A stretch of DNA of 39,814 bases from Betaproteobacteria bacterium (GTDB lineage Bacteria; Pseudomonadota; Gammaproteobacteria; Burkholderiales; JAEUMW01). The position numbers and the translations under genes are program-made. Location of the stretch: assembly GCA_016791345.1 (NCBI GenBank), contig JAEUMW010000126.1, forward strand, positions 1 to 39,814, read 5' to 3'. Numbering within the stretch: the stretch's first letter is position 1; each line of letters begins with the position of its first letter. This document shows positions 1-11,015 of this stretch, one piece after another. The notes under the pieces were generated by a model. That model did not search any database, was not told where the DNA came from, and was given only the letters and a program-made list of their open reading frames with translations.

Positions 1-1
1 G

Positions 2-808
2 CTGAAGGACGGCAGCTTCGCCGCCCGGATCGCGGCGTCCTACAAGCAGCGCGAAGCCGCCATCGCCAAGCGGCGCGATCCGGTCACCGGTGTGAGCGAG
101 TTTCCGAACATCCTGGAGACGCCGATCGCGCACGAGGCAGCGGATCTGCTGGGGCTCGCACGGGCTGCTGCAGAGCGGCTGGCGGCGTACCGACGCGGTC
201 ACGCTGCGGCGAGCGGCGCGGTGCAGGCGCTCACGACGGCGGCAGCCGGTGCACTCACCGAAGCGGCGATCGCAGCGGTGACTGCCGGGGCAACGCTCGG
301 CGCGATCGCAGCGGCGCTGGCCGGCGGCGGCGAGCAGATCGCGCCGTTGCCGAAGCACCGCTACGGCGAACAGTTCGAGGCGCTGCGGGATGCCTCCGAC
401 GCCTATCTCGCGAAGACCGGCGCACGGCCGCAGATCTTCTCGGCGAATCTCGGTACCGTCGCGCAGCACACGGGACGGGCGACGTTCACCAAGAACTTCT
501 TCGAGGCCGCCGGTATTCAGGTGCCTGGCAACACGGGCTTCGCCGATGCGCAGTCCTGCGTCGACGCGTTCAAGAAGAGCGGGGCGCGCGTGGCGATCCT
601 GTGCTCGTCGGACGCGGTGTACGAGCAACTGGCCGCGTCCACGGCGCAGGCGCTGAAGGCCGCGGGCTGCGAGTATCTGTTCCTTGCCGGTGCACCGGGT
701 GACAAGAAGGACGCCTACAACGCGGCCGGTATCGACGATTTCATCTTCATGGGGGGCGATGTCCTGCAGACGACTCGCACCACCCTCGCGCGCTTGGGAG
801 TGATCTGA
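2..808 (+). CDS. mutA: Methylmalonyl-CoA mutase small (beta) subunit, 5'-truncated by the window edge
   Basis: The frame is open from nt 2 ([36 protein letters not shown]...), so the GTG at 92 is internal. The stop is 1 nt before the large-subunit ATG. The C-terminal Rossmann-like region ([13 protein letters not shown]...FLAGAP) is typical of the non-catalytic MCM subunit. Confidence 0.8.
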   Translation: MKDGSFAARIAASYKQREAAIAKRRDPVTGVSEFPNILETPIAHEAADLLGLARAAAERLAAYRRGHAAASGAVQALTTAAAGALTEAAIAAVTAGATLGAIAAALAGGGEQIAPLPKHRYGEQFEALRDASDAYLAKTGARPQIFSANLGTVAQHTGRATFTKNFFEAAGIQVPGNTGFADAQSCVDAFKKSGARVAILCSSDAVYEQLAASTAQALKAAGCEYLFLAGAPGDKKDAYNAAGIDDFIFMGGDVLQTTRTTLARLGVI

Positions 809-809
809 C

Positions 810-3017
810 ATGGCGACGATTCCTGATTTCACACAGATTGCCTTCCAGGCTGGCCGGGGAGCGTCGGGCGGCGACGGGCTTGCGGACTGGACCAGGCGGT
901 TCGAGAACGAAACCGGCAAATCGCCCGAGCACTTCGTGTGGGAGACGCCCGAAGGCGTTCCGGTGAAGCCGCTCTACAGCGCAGCAGACCTCGCGGGCCT
1001 CGATCATCTGGACACGATGCCGGGCATCCCGCCCTATCTCCGCGGGCCGTATCCGGCGATGTACGTGACGCAGCCGTGGACGATCCGCCAGTACGCCGGG
1101 TTCTCCACCGCCAAGGATTCGAACGCCTTCTATCGCCGCAATCTTGCGGCGGGGCAGAAGGGCCTGTCGGTCGCCTTCGACCTCGCCACCCACCGCGGCT
1201 ACGACAGCGACAACCCGCGCGTGGCCGGCGACGTCGGCATGGCAGGGGTGGCGATCGATTCCATCATGGACATGCGCGTGCTGTTCGACGGCATTCCGCT
1301 CGACCAGATGAGCGTGTCGATGACCATGAACGGAGCGGTGCTGCCGGTTCTCGCGCTCTACATCGTCGCGGCCGAGGAGCAGGGGGTGAAGCACGCGCAG
1401 CTCGCGGGAACCATCCAGAACGACATCCTGAAGGAGTTCATGGTCCGCAACACCTACATCTATCCGCCGCGCCCATCGATGCGGATCATCTCGGACATCT
1501 TCGCGTTCACCGCGCAGAACATGCCGAAATTCAACTCCATCTCGATCTCCGGCTACCACATGCAGGAGGCGGGCGCGACGGCGGACCTGGAGATGGCGTA
1601 CACGCTGGCGGACGGCGTCGAGTACGCGCGCGCCGGTTTGAATGCGGGGCTCACCATCGACCAGTTCGCGCCGCGGCTGTCGTTCTTCTGGGCGATCGGC
1701 ATGAACTTCTTCATGGAAGTCGCCAAGATGCGGGCGGCGCGCATGCTCTGGGCGCGACTCATCAATCAGTTCGAGCCGAAGAACAGGAAGTCGCTCGCGT
1801 TGCGCACGCATTCGCAGACCTCGGGCTGGAGCCTCACCGCGCAGGACGTCTTCAACAACGTCGTGCGCACCTGCATCGAGGCGATGGCGGCGACCCAGGG
1901 GCACACGCAGTCCCTGCACACCAATTCGCTCGACGAGGCGCTCGCGCTGCCGACGGACTTCTCCGCCCGCATCGCGCGCAACACGCAGCTTTTCCTGCAG
2001 CAGGAGAGCGGTACCTGCCAGGTGGTCGATCCCTGGGGCGGCAGCTATTACGTGGAGCGGCTGACGCGTGCGCTGGCCGAGCGGGCGTGGGGCCACATCC
2101 AGGAGGTCGAGCAATCGGGCGGCATGGCGAAGGCGATCGAGGCCGGGATACCCAAGCTGCGCATCGAGGAAGCGGCGGCGCGCACGCAGGCGCGCATCGA
2201 TTCCGGCCGGCAGACGGTGGTCGGCGTCAACAAGTTCCTGCTCGACGAGAAGGAGGACGTTCCCGTCCTCAAGGTCGACAATCAGCAGGTGCGCACGCAG
2301 CAGATCGCGCAGCTTTCCCAGCTGCGGGGTGCGCGCGACGAAAAGGTCGCACAGGAAAAGCTGCATGCGCTGACACAGGCGGCGGAGCGGGGCGAGGGCA
2401 ACCTGCTCGCGCTCGCCATCGAGGCCGGCCGCGCGAAATGCACCGTGGGCGAGATCAGCTCGGCGCTGGAAAAGATTTACGGCCGTCACAAGGCGGAGAT
2501 CAAGGCGATCTCCGGTGTCTACAGCGGCGAAGTGGGGGAGAGATCCGACGTGGTGAAACTCGTGCACAACATGATCGCGACCTTCGAAGCCAACGATGGG
2601 CGGCGGCCGCGCATCCTCATCGCCAAGATGGGGCAGGACGGCCACGACCGCGGCCAGAAGGTGATCGCCTCGGCGTTCGCCGACCTGGGCTTCGACGTCG
2701 ACATCGGCCCGCTCTTCCAGACGCCGGCAGAAGTCGCGCGGCAGGCGGTCGAGAACGACGTCCACGTGGTGGGGGCAAGCTCGCTGGCGGCCGGTCACCT
2801 GACGCTGGTGCCCGAGCTCAAGAAGGAACTGGCGGCGCTCGGGCGCGATGACATCCTCATCGTGGTCGGCGGCGTAATTCCGCCGCAGGACTACGACGCG
2901 CTGTACGCAGCCGGAGCGGAGGCGATCTATCCGCCGGGCACGGTGATCAGTCAGGCGGCGATCTCGCTCATCGGGGCGTTGAACAAGCGCCTGGGCTACA
3001 CCAGCAAAGCAGCCTGA
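810..3017 (+). CDS. mutB: Methylmalonyl-CoA mutase large (alpha) subunit, B12-dependent
   Basis: 735 aa. Motifs seen: [39 protein letters not shown], and a C-terminal cobalamin-binding DxHxxG motif ([11 protein letters not shown]). Confidence 0.95.
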   Translation: MATIPDFTQIAFQAGRGASGGDGLADWTRRFENETGKSPEHFVWETPEGVPVKPLYSAADLAGLDHLDTMPGIPPYLRGPYPAMYVTQPWTIRQYAGFSTAKDSNAFYRRNLAAGQKGLSVAFDLATHRGYDSDNPRVAGDVGMAGVAIDSIMDMRVLFDGIPLDQMSVSMTMNGAVLPVLALYIVAAEEQGVKHAQLAGTIQNDILKEFMVRNTYIYPPRPSMRIISDIFAFTAQNMPKFNSISISGYHMQEAGATADLEMAYTLADGVEYARAGLNAGLTIDQFAPRLSFFWAIGMNFFMEVAKMRAARMLWARLINQFEPKNRKSLALRTHSQTSGWSLTAQDVFNNVVRTCIEAMAATQGHTQSLHTNSLDEALALPTDFSARIARNTQLFLQQESGTCQVVDPWGGSYYVERLTRALAERAWGHIQEVEQSGGMAKAIEAGIPKLRIEEAAARTQARIDSGRQTVVGVNKFLLDEKEDVPVLKVDNQQVRTQQIAQLSQLRGARDEKVAQEKLHALTQAAERGEGNLLALAIEAGRAKCTVGEISSALEKIYGRHKAEIKAISGVYSGEVGERSDVVKLVHNMIATFEANDGRRPRILIAKMGQDGHDRGQKVIASAFADLGFDVDIGPLFQTPAEVARQAVENDVHVVGASSLAAGHLTLVPELKKELAALGRDDILIVVGGVIPPQDYDALYAAGAEAIYPPGTVISQAAISLIGALNKRLGYTSKAA

Positions 3018-3069
3018 TGCGCGGCATCCGACGCACCGGTGCCACGCATCGCACTGGGGAGCCGTATCC

Positions 3070-4134
3070 ATGGAACCTTTGAAGCTCGACGCCGTCAGCG
3101 AGGAGCCGGCAGCGGCGACGATTCCCTCCCCACCGGCGCCGACGCTCGTCGGCAACCGCTTCGATGTCGACGAACTGGCGGCGGGCGTGCTGGCGGGCGA
3201 CCGGGCGATGCTGGGGCGGGCGATCACGCTGATCGAAAGCCGCAATCCGCAGCATCAGCGGCTCGGCGCGGAGCTGAGCCTCAAGCTCTTTCCGCACTCG
3301 GGCAAGGCGTTTCGCATCGGCATCACGGGTGTCCCCGGTGTCGGCAAGAGCACCTTCATCGAGGCCTTCGGCTGCAACCTGATCCGCGAGGGACTCAGGG
3401 TGGCGGTGCTCGCCGTCGACCCGACGAGCCCCGTCTCGGGCGGCAGCATCCTCGCCGACAAGACGCGGATGGAACGCCTGAGCGTGGCGCCCAATGCCTT
3501 CATCCGTCCCTCGCCTTCGGGCGGCACGCTCGGCGGTGTGGCGCGCACCACGCGGCAGACCATCGTCGTGTGCGAGGCGGCGGGGTTCGACGTGATCCTG
3601 GTCGAGACCGTCGGCACCGGGCAGTCGGAAGTGGCGGTTTCCGACATGACCGATTTCTTCCTGGTGCTGATGCTGCCGGGTGCCGGCGATGAGCTGCAGG
3701 GCATCAAGAAGGGCGTGCTCGAAATCGCCGACATGATCGTCGTGAACAAGGCCGATCCCGACAACGAGGTACGCGCCAAACAGGCGGTCATCCACTATCG
3801 CAACGCGCTGCACATCATGCATCCGCGCAGCCCCAACTGGAATCCGCCGGTGGCCATGTGCAGCGCGCTGCGCAACGTCGGACTGGACGAGATCTGGCAG
3901 CGGCTCACCGAGTACCGCGAGAAGCTCACGGCGTCCGGCGAGTTCCACGAGAAGCGCCGCAACCAGCGCATCCAGTTCATGTGGAGCATGCTGCAGGACC
4001 GGCTGATGAGCGACGTGAAATCGAACCCGGCCGTGGTGGCGGCGCTGCCCCGCATCGAGTCCGAGCTGCGCGAGGGGCGCCTCACCGTGACGCTGGCGGT
4101 GGAGCAGATCCTCGCGCTCGCACGCGGGCACTAG
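3070..4134 (+). CDS. meaB: Methylmalonyl-CoA mutase-associated G-protein chaperone (MeaB/ArgK)
   Basis: Walker A GVPGVGKST, then VETVGTGQSE and NKAD motifs. It sits directly downstream of mutB. SD GGGGAG lies 8 nt upstream of the ATG. Confidence 0.93.
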   Translation: MEPLKLDAVSEEPAAATIPSPPAPTLVGNRFDVDELAAGVLAGDRAMLGRAITLIESRNPQHQRLGAELSLKLFPHSGKAFRIGITGVPGVGKSTFIEAFGCNLIREGLRVAVLAVDPTSPVSGGSILADKTRMERLSVAPNAFIRPSPSGGTLGGVARTTRQTIVVCEAAGFDVILVETVGTGQSEVAVSDMTDFFLVLMLPGAGDELQGIKKGVLEIADMIVVNKADPDNEVRAKQAVIHYRNALHIMHPRSPNWNPPVAMCSALRNVGLDEIWQRLTEYREKLTASGEFHEKRRNQRIQFMWSMLQDRLMSDVKSNPAVVAALPRIESELREGRLTVTLAVEQILALARGH

Positions 4135-4149
4135 CGCATCGCTGTCCTT

Positions 4150-6039
4150 TCACGTCCCGATCACGCCGCCGTCATTCTTCCGGATCACGATCGTGGCCGA
4201 GCGCGGGCGCCCGCCGTCCGGCCAGCTCGACACCGCATCCGGGTGATCCGGGTTGCCGCGCTCGTCCGGCGCCTCTCCCGGATGCTGGATGTTGACGAAC
4301 ATCGTGCGGCCGTCGGGCGTTTGCGTGGCGCCCGTGATCTCGCAGCCGTTGGGGCCGGTGAGAAAGCGTCGCACCTCGCCGGTTGCAGGGTCGGCGGCGA
4401 GCATCTGATTGTTGCCGAGGTTGGCGTAATCGCCGCGCCCGATCGTTCTCGTCGTGACGTCGGTCTCGATCCACAGCACGCCGCGCGGATCGACGTACAA
4501 ACCGTCGGGGCTGCCGAATGCGTCGCCCCTGATGTTGCCGCGTTTCGCGGGATCGGCCTGTGCCGGGTCGCCCGCCAACAGGAAGATGTCCCACTCGAAG
4601 CTCGTCGCGGTCGGATCGCCGCCGGCTTCACGCCAGCGGACGATGTGGCCGAAGACGTTCTCGCGGCGGGGATTCGCGGCGTCCGCCCCGCGGTTGCCGA
4701 CGTCGCCGCGCTTCGCGTTGTTGGTGAGCGAACAGTAGACGTGCTTGCGGCCGGCATCCACTGCGATCCACTCCGGCCGATCCATCGGCGTCGCACCGAC
4801 GCGGTCCGCCGCCGAGCGCGCGAGCCGCAGCACGTCGGCCTGCGAGGCGAAGCCGTTGGCCGCGGTGAGCCCGTTCTCGCCATGCACGAGAGGCAGCCAC
4901 GTGCCGCGGCCATCGTCACCGAAGCGGGCGACGTGGAGCGTGCCGTGGTCGAGCAGGGTGCGGTTCGCCGCGCGGTCCTGCGGATGCCACGGCCGTGCGC
5001 TCACGAACTTGTAGATGTACTCGAACGCCTCGTCGTCGCCCATGTAGTAGACGACGCGGCCATCCGGCGCGACGGCGAGTGCCGCACCCTCGTGCTTGAA
5101 GCGGCCGAGCGCGGTGCGTTTGACGGGCTTCGATGCGGCATCCCACGGGTCGATCTCGACCATCCAGCCGAAGCGGTTCGCTTCGTTGGGTTCGCGCTCG
5201 CAGTCGAAGCGCGCGTCGTGTTCGTGCCAGCGCAGCCCGCGCCTCCGGGTGATGCCGTAGCGGCCCATCTCCGGCGTGATCGTGCGGCCGCCGGCGAAAT
5301 AGAAGTTAAAGTTCTCCTCGCTCGCCAGGTAAGTGCCCCACGGCGTCACGCCGTGCGAGCAGTTGTTGAACGTGCCGAGCACCGCGCGTCCCGTGGGGTC
5401 GGCCGCCGTCTTCAACGCGTCGTCGCCCGCTGCCGGGCCTGCGAGCGTCATCGGCGTGAAGGCGCAGATGCGGCGCGCGTAGCGGGAGGGAGAGACGATG
5501 CGCCACGAGCCGCTCTCAAGCTCGATCTCGATCACCGAGACGCCGTGCGCGGCCTGCGACTTGCGCACCTTGTCCGCCGTCCACGTCTTCATGCCGTCAG
5601 GGTGCAGCAGGCCGTCGTCGGTGTACTCGTGATTGACGACCAGCAGCCCGTGGGTGGAGCTGTCGGAGCCTCTGGGCAGCGGAAAGAAGTGCATGCCGTC
5701 GTGGTGCATGCCGGCCTGCAGCAACTGCTGTTCCGCGCTGTTCGAGGCATCGGGTCGAAAGACCGGCTGACCGAGCGTGCTGCCCGTCGGGTCGCCCCAG
5801 CGATAGAGCACGCTTGCGGAGTAGCCCGCGGGCACGCGCACCGTGTCCTCGCCCGACACGGGTACGGCGTTGAAGCCCAGCACGCTGCCGCCGGCTGCAG
5901 CAGCGACGCGAAGCGGGCCGAACGCAGCCAGGACGGCAGCCGCGAGCCCTGCCTTGAGGACGGCGCGGCGCGTGACCGGGCTTTCGCAGCCGGCGGCCGC
6001 CGCCGGATTGGCGGGCTCATGGTCGTCGAACAGGTGCAT
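4150..6039 (-). CDS. phoX: PhoX-family (DUF839) alkaline phosphatase, Tat-exported
   Basis: Twin-arginine signal (VTRRAVLKAGLAAAVLAAFG). LGFNAVPVSGEDTVRVPAGYSASVLYRWGDP and beta-propeller-like repeats are typical of PhoX. Confidence 0.85.
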   Translation of the reverse strand: MHLFDDHEPANPAAAAGCESPVTRRAVLKAGLAAAVLAAFGPLRVAAAAGGSVLGFNAVPVSGEDTVRVPAGYSASVLYRWGDPTGSTLGQPVFRPDASNSAEQQLLQAGMHHDGMHFFPLPRGSDSSTHGLLVVNHEYTDDGLLHPDGMKTWTADKVRKSQAAHGVSVIEIELESGSWRIVSPSRYARRICAFTPMTLAGPAAGDDALKTAADPTGRAVLGTFNNCSHGVTPWGTYLASEENFNFYFAGGRTITPEMGRYGITRRRGLRWHEHDARFDCEREPNEANRFGWMVEIDPWDAASKPVKRTALGRFKHEGAALAVAPDGRVVYYMGDDEAFEYIYKFVSARPWHPQDRAANRTLLDHGTLHVARFGDDGRGTWLPLVHGENGLTAANGFASQADVLRLARSAADRVGATPMDRPEWIAVDAGRKHVYCSLTNNAKRGDVGNRGADAANPRRENVFGHIVRWREAGGDPTATSFEWDIFLLAGDPAQADPAKRGNIRGDAFGSPDGLYVDPRGVLWIETDVTTRTIGRGDYANLGNNQMLAADPATGEVRRFLTGPNGCEITGATQTPDGRTMFVNIQHPGEAPDERGNPDHPDAVSSWPDGGRPRSATIVIRKNDGGVIGT

Positions 6040-6124
6040 GAGAGCGAAAGAGGAAATGAAAAGGCGTTATCTTAGCCATGGTGGATGACGAGCACGAGTC
6101 GGTAGAAACCCGAGGGAGCCGCTG

Positions 6125-7393
6125 TTGAAGATCGCCGTGCTGGGCGCCGGTGTGGTGGGCGTCACCACGGCGTGGCACCTCGCGGCGGACGGTCATGACG
6201 TGGTCGTCGTCGACCGCGCGCACGCGCCGGCGCTGGAGACGAGCTTTGCCAACGGCGGGCAGATCTCCGCGTCGCAGACCGAGCCGTGGGCGAATCCGGG
6301 GGCGCCGGGGCTGGTGCTGCGCTGGCTCGGTCGCGAGGACGCACCGCTGCTCTTCCGCCTGCGCGCCGATCCCGCGCTCTTCGCCTGGGGTCTGCGCTTC
6401 CTGCTCGAATGCCTCCCCGGCCGCACGCGGCGCAATACGCTGGACGTGCTCGCGCTCGGACTCTACAGCCGCGAGGCATTGCGCACGCTGCGTTCCGCAC
6501 TGGCGCTCGACTACGATCAGCAGACGCGCGGCATTCTGAAGCTTTTCGAAGACGAGGCCGCGCTGGCGGAAGCTGCCGAGCATGCGCACGTGCTGTCGGC
6601 GCGCGGCTGCCGGGTCGACGTTCTGACGCGCGAGCAGTGCCTTGCGGTCGAGCCCGCGCTCGCGCACGCGCAGGTGGCGATCGCGGGCGCCACGCATGCG
6701 CGGGACGACGAATCGGGAGATGCCTGCAAGTTCACGACGGCTCTCGCGCAGCACTGCCGGGAGCGCGGCGTCGAGTTTCGCTTCGGCACGGAGATTCAGG
6801 CGCTGCGCTGCGAAGCGAATGTCGTGCGCTCGCTCGTCGTCAGGGAACGCGGCGGGCACACGGGAGAATTCGGTGCCGACGCCTTCGTGGTGTGCCTGGG
6901 CAGTTACAGCCCGCTTCTCCTGCGCAGCGCGGGCATCGCCATCCCGGTGTATCCGGTGAAGGGTTATTCGGTGACCGTCCTGATCGAGGACCCCGCTGCG
7001 GCGCCCACCGCGAGCATCACCGACGAGGCGCGCAAGATCGTCTTCTCACGCCTGGGTGACCGGCTGCGCGTGGCCGGCACGGCGGAGATGGCGGGGTACG
7101 ACACGTCGCTCAACCGCGTGCGCTGCGAGGCCATTCGCGAGCGCGCGCGTCAGTGGTTCCCCGCGGCGAGCCGTTACGATCGAGTCGAGTACTGGGCGGG
7201 CCTGCGGCCGGCGACGCCGGGCAACGTGCCTCTCATCGGCCGCACGCGGATCGCGAACCTCTTCGTCAACACCGGACACGGCACGCTCGGCTGGACGCTC
7301 TCGTGCGGATCCGCACAGGCGCTGGCGGACATCGTTGCGGGTCGGCGCCCGCTGCTGGATTTCCCGTTCCTGGGAGCCGGGCGCACGGCGTGA
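6125..7393 (+). CDS. dadA: D-amino-acid dehydrogenase-like FAD-dependent oxidoreductase
   Basis: TTG start preceded by GGGAG. N-terminal dinucleotide fold KIAVLGAGVVGVTTAWHLAADGHDVVVVDR, then ALETSFANGGQIS. It is colinear with DadA over its full length. Confidence 0.75.
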   Translation: MKIAVLGAGVVGVTTAWHLAADGHDVVVVDRAHAPALETSFANGGQISASQTEPWANPGAPGLVLRWLGREDAPLLFRLRADPALFAWGLRFLLECLPGRTRRNTLDVLALGLYSREALRTLRSALALDYDQQTRGILKLFEDEAALAEAAEHAHVLSARGCRVDVLTREQCLAVEPALAHAQVAIAGATHARDDESGDACKFTTALAQHCRERGVEFRFGTEIQALRCEANVVRSLVVRERGGHTGEFGADAFVVCLGSYSPLLLRSAGIAIPVYPVKGYSVTVLIEDPAAAPTASITDEARKIVFSRLGDRLRVAGTAEMAGYDTSLNRVRCEAIRERARQWFPAASRYDRVEYWAGLRPATPGNVPLIGRTRIANLFVNTGHGTLGWTLSCGSAQALADIVAGRRPLLDFPFLGAGRTA

Positions 7394-7396
7394 CGG

Positions 7397-8146
7397 CTAC
7401 CACCAGCCGCCCACGCCGATGCCGTAGTTCCAGCCGCTGTAGCGTCCCCAGCCGAACCCCCAGGTCGGATAGACCCACGGGTACGCATAGGCCGGGCGGT
7501 AGTAATAGGTGCTGCGCACGATGGCGATGGCATCCTGCTGCCGCATCACCGCCTGATTGATCTGCTGGCCGGTCTCTGCGTTCTGCTTCGCCACGGCGTC
7601 CCAGCGGGAGGCGGCCTGCGCGTCCTGGGGCACGCCCGCAGTGCCGCTCCGGTAGAGGCCGGCGAGCGTCTGCTGCGCTTCGACGAGACCTTGGTCGGCG
7701 GCACGCTGGATCCACGCGAGCCCACTCGCCGGATCGCCGCGGGTTTCGATCTGCAGCAGTCCCAGCTCCAGCGCAGCATTCGGATGGTCCTGCCGTGCCG
7801 CCCGGTCGAGCCAGTACGCGGCCTGATCGATATCGCGCGGCGCGCCGTTGCCCTGCAGGTACTGCAGGCCGACGGTGTATTGCGCACCTGCGTCACCGAG
7901 CGCCGCAGCGCGCACGCGCCATTGCAGGGCGACGGCGGAATCGGTCGCGACGCCGCGGCCGCCGGCGTACATGTCGGCGAGCAGTTGCGCTGCGCGCGCA
8001 TCACCGGCTTGGGCTGCGGCGCCCAACGCAGCGAGCGCGGTGGCGTAGTCTCGACTGCGGTAGGCGGCGAGCCCCGTCTGAAATTCCGACGCAGCGCCGA
8101 CGGGCAGGGCGAGGGACAGCGCGACCGCTAGGAGCAGACGTTTCAC
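7397..8146 (-). CDS. Secreted Sel1/TPR-repeat protein with an aromatic/Gly-rich C-terminal tail
   Basis: Sel1 units are present (AAQLLADMYAGGRGV, AQYTVGLQYLQGNGAP, AQQTLAGLYRSGTAGVP). I prefer the GTG at 8146 (VKRLLLAVALSLALPVGAAS signal peptide) because GGAGG lies 5 nt upstream of it. The track start at 8170 would add 8 residues. Confidence 0.75.
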   Translation of the reverse strand: MKRLLLAVALSLALPVGAASEFQTGLAAYRSRDYATALAALGAAAQAGDARAAQLLADMYAGGRGVATDSAVALQWRVRAAALGDAGAQYTVGLQYLQGNGAPRDIDQAAYWLDRAARQDHPNAALELGLLQIETRGDPASGLAWIQRAADQGLVEAQQTLAGLYRSGTAGVPQDAQAASRWDAVAKQNAETGQQINQAVMRQQDAIAIVRSTYYYRPAYAYPWVYPTWGFGWGRYSGWNYGIGVGGWW

Positions 8147-8171
8147 GGCAACCTCCGCGTCTTCGGACACG

Positions 8172-8774
8172 TCAGTTTGAATCCGGCGCAGGCGGTGGGG
8201 TTCCTGCAGCGATGCGTGCGAAGTCGTCGGGCGTGTCGATGTCGATCAGCACACCGGGGTCGTCGCAGTTCAACGCGACGAGATCGTCACCCGCTGCGGC
8301 GACGACATCGCGTGCGCCGTGCGTTCCCGAGAGTGTCGCGAGCGCAGCGCGGTAGCGTTCCCCGAAACAGACCGGATGGCCGCGCCGGCCGTGGTAATAC
8401 GGCGCCGCGAGTGCGGCGCCCCCGGCGATGGCGGCAGCGAGCGCACGCACAGTGGTTGGCGCAACGCACGGCATGTCGGCCAGCGCCACCAGCCATCCCT
8501 GCCAGTGCGGCGTCGCGCGCACGCCACACGCCAGGCTGGTTCCTATGCCCTCGTCCGCGTCGGGGCACACGACCACTTGGGCGCCGCACGCGCGCAAGGC
8601 GGTGGCGAGCACATCGGAAGCAGGACGCACGACTGCCACCACCTGCGGCAGGGCCGCGACCAGGAGGCGGGTCGTGGCCACGGCGACGGGCGTGCCGTCG
8701 GCCAGCGGGGTTAGGAGCTTCTCGCCGCCGAAGCGCCGGCTGCGGCCGGCCGCGAGAACGAGGCCGCCGATCAA
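8172..8774 (-). CDS. mocA: MobA-like NTP transferase, probable molybdenum cofactor cytidylyltransferase (MocA type)
   Basis: N-terminal motif GGLVLAAGRSRRFGGEKLL. It lies immediately downstream of an XDH-family molybdo-hydroxylase pair. The start is TTG with no obvious SD. Confidence 0.7.
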   Translation of the reverse strand: MIGGLVLAAGRSRRFGGEKLLTPLADGTPVAVATTRLLVAALPQVVAVVRPASDVLATALRACGAQVVVCPDADEGIGTSLACGVRATPHWQGWLVALADMPCVAPTTVRALAAAIAGGAALAAPYYHGRRGHPVCFGERYRAALATLSGTHGARDVVAAAGDDLVALNCDDPGVLIDIDTPDDFARIAAGTPPPAPDSN

Positions 8775-8822
8775 GCGTGCAGCACGGACACGGTCCGCGT
8801 GCGCGCCGCGCGCCTGGGCTCC

Positions 8823-11015
8823 CTAACCGTCATGCTTCTGCTTGAGCTCGTTCGGATCGATCGGCAGGCGGCGGATGCGCTTGCCGGTGGCCGCGAAGAC
8901 GGCATTGACGACGGCCGGTGCGATCGGCGGCGTACCCGGTTCACCGACCCCACCCATGGGGGCGCTGCTGTCGACGAGGAATACCTCGATGCTCGGCATC
9001 GCGTTCATGCGCAGAATCGGGTAGTCGTGGAAGTTGCTCTGCTCGACACGCCCGTCCTTGAACGTAATGCGACCGTACAGGGCGGCGGACAGACCGAAGA
9101 CGATGCCGGATTCCATCTGCGCGCGGACCGTGTCCGGATTGACGATCGGCCCGCAGTCGACCGCGCACACGACGCGATGGACGCTCACCTCGCCGGCCGG
9201 CGACACCGAGACCTCGGCGACCTGGGCGACGATGCTGCCGAAGGATTCGTGCACGGCGATGCCCATGGTGCGACCCTGCGGCAGCTGCCGGCCCCACCCC
9301 GCCTTCTCCGCCGCAAGGTCCATGACCCCGCGCACTCGCGGATGGTCGACCAGCAGCAGGCGGCGATAGGCGACCGGGTCCTGCTTCGCCGCGACCGCAC
9401 ACTCGTCGATGAAGCACTCCTTCACGAAGGCCGTGAAACTGTGGCCGACCGAGCGCCACCACAGCACCGGCACGCCGCGCGGCGCCATCTTGTACTCGAC
9501 GAGAAAGTTCGGGATCTGGTAGTCCATTTCGGCAGAGCCCTCGACCTGCGTCATGTCGAGTTCCGCCTTGAGCAGCATCGGCTCGAACGGTGTTCCCTGG
9601 ATGATGGACTGGCCGACGATGCGGTGGAGCCACGCGATCGGCAGGCCGTTCACGTCGAGCCCGGCGCGGACCACGTTGTACGTGCGCGGACGATAGTAGC
9701 CGCCGCGCATGTCGTCCTCGCGTGTCCACATGACCTTCACCGGCACGCCGGCCGCCTTGGAAACCTTTACCGCCTCCTTCACGAAATCCGCGGCGGGATT
9801 GGCGCGGCGCCCGAAGCCGCCGCCGAGGAACATGGTGTGGATGACGACACGCTCCGGCTTCACGCCGGCGATCTGGGCTGCCGCCGCCTGATCGGTGGTC
9901 TGCATCTGCGTGCCGACCCAGATCTCGACGCCATCCGCCCGCACGTGCGCGACGCAGTTGAGCGGCTCCATGGTCGCGTGCGCGAGGTAGGGCACTTCGT
10001 ACACCGCTTCGAGTTTCTTCTCGGCGCGGGCGAGCGCAGCGTGCACGTCGCCGCGCGTGGCCGCCACTGCCGCCGCCGACCCGTCGAGGCGCGCGAGTTC
10101 CTCGTACTGCTTGCGCTGCGTCGTGCTGTCGAGGCTCGCCAGCGGTCCGTCGTCCCAGGTCACATCGAGCGTGTCGCGCCCCTGCTTGGCAGCCCAGAAA
10201 CCGTCTGCGAGCACTGCGATGCCGGTGTCGATCTGCACCACTTTCCTGACGCCCGGTACTGCCTTGGCCTTGTCGGCGTTAAAGTGCTTCACGCTGCCGC
10301 CGAACACCGGCGGGCGCGCGATGACCGCCGTGAGCATGCCCGGCAGCTTCACATCGATGCCGAACCTGGCTTGGCCCGTGACCTTTGCGCGCCCGTCGAT
10401 GCGACGCACCGGACGCCCGATCAGCGTGAAATCGGTCGGACTCTTGAGCTTCGGGTCGGTCGGCGGCGTCAGCGTCGCCGCCTTCGCTGCGAGTTGCCCG
10501 AACGAGAGCTTTCTCGCGGATGCTTCGTGGAGCACGTAGCCATTCTCGGCGCGGCAGCTCCACGGTTCCACCTCCCAGATCTCGGCCGCCGCGGCGATGA
10601 GCATGGTGCGCGCCATCGCACCCGCCTTGCGCAGCTGGTCGAACGAGGAGTTGACGCTGGTGCTGCCGCCGGTGACCTGAATGCCGAATGCCGTATGGAA
10701 GTACGGTGGGGCGGCCGGTGCGGCTTCCACGCGCACCCGGCCCCAGTCCGCGTCCATCTCATCGGCGGCGATCATCGGCAGCGCCGTATAGACACCCTGG
10801 CCCATCTCGGACTTGTTGCAGAGAATGGTCACGGACTCGTCGGGGGCGATGCGGATGAAGGCGTTGGGTGCGAAGGGCATGGGGGAAGCGCCCGGTCGCA
10901 GCGCCAGCGCCTTCGGCATGCCGTCCGGCAGGTAGAAGCCGATGACGAGGGCGCCACCCGTGACGGCCGTCGCCTTGAGGAATGCGCGGCGGTCGGTCTC
11001 CGGTTTCCGGTCCAT
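8823..11015 (-). CDS. Molybdopterin-binding subunit of an IorB-like aldehyde oxidase / isoquinoline oxidoreductase (XDH family), Tat signal
   Basis: The real start is the ATG at 11015 ([26 protein letters not shown], a Tat motif), not the track start at 11213. This ATG overlaps the small-subunit stop (TGATG). Confidence 0.85.
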   Translation of the reverse strand: MDRKPETDRRAFLKATAVTGGALVIGFYLPDGMPKALALRPGASPMPFAPNAFIRIAPDESVTILCNKSEMGQGVYTALPMIAADEMDADWGRVRVEAAPAAPPYFHTAFGIQVTGGSTSVNSSFDQLRKAGAMARTMLIAAAAEIWEVEPWSCRAENGYVLHEASARKLSFGQLAAKAATLTPPTDPKLKSPTDFTLIGRPVRRIDGRAKVTGQARFGIDVKLPGMLTAVIARPPVFGGSVKHFNADKAKAVPGVRKVVQIDTGIAVLADGFWAAKQGRDTLDVTWDDGPLASLDSTTQRKQYEELARLDGSAAAVAATRGDVHAALARAEKKLEAVYEVPYLAHATMEPLNCVAHVRADGVEIWVGTQMQTTDQAAAAQIAGVKPERVVIHTMFLGGGFGRRANPAADFVKEAVKVSKAAGVPVKVMWTREDDMRGGYYRPRTYNVVRAGLDVNGLPIAWLHRIVGQSIIQGTPFEPMLLKAELDMTQVEGSAEMDYQIPNFLVEYKMAPRGVPVLWWRSVGHSFTAFVKECFIDECAVAAKQDPVAYRRLLLVDHPRVRGVMDLAAEKAGWGRQLPQGRTMGIAVHESFGSIVAQVAEVSVSPAGEVSVHRVVCAVDCGPIVNPDTVRAQMESGIVFGLSAALYGRITFKDGRVEQSNFHDYPILRMNAMPSIEVFLVDSSAPMGGVGEPGTPPIAPAVVNAVFAATGKRIRRLPIDPNELKQKHDG

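Noticed and set aside
747-3245. Very long antisense or alternate-frame ORFs. Examples: 747..3245 -, 938..2851 +, 4243..6075 +, 8799..11069 +, 11256..12947 +, 15261..17198 +, 20394..22742 +, 22655..24322 +, 24472..27192 -, 28400..30250 -.
   Set aside because: Each lies opposite to or out of frame with a gene that has clear family motifs. Their products are Arg/Ala/Gly/Pro-rich low-complexity strings with no motifs. They are the stop-codon-poor shadow ORFs expected at this GC content.
6040-6124. Pho box upstream of phoX.
   Set aside because: The best match is one half-site-like TCGTCAT with no properly spaced second repeat, so it is not convincing.
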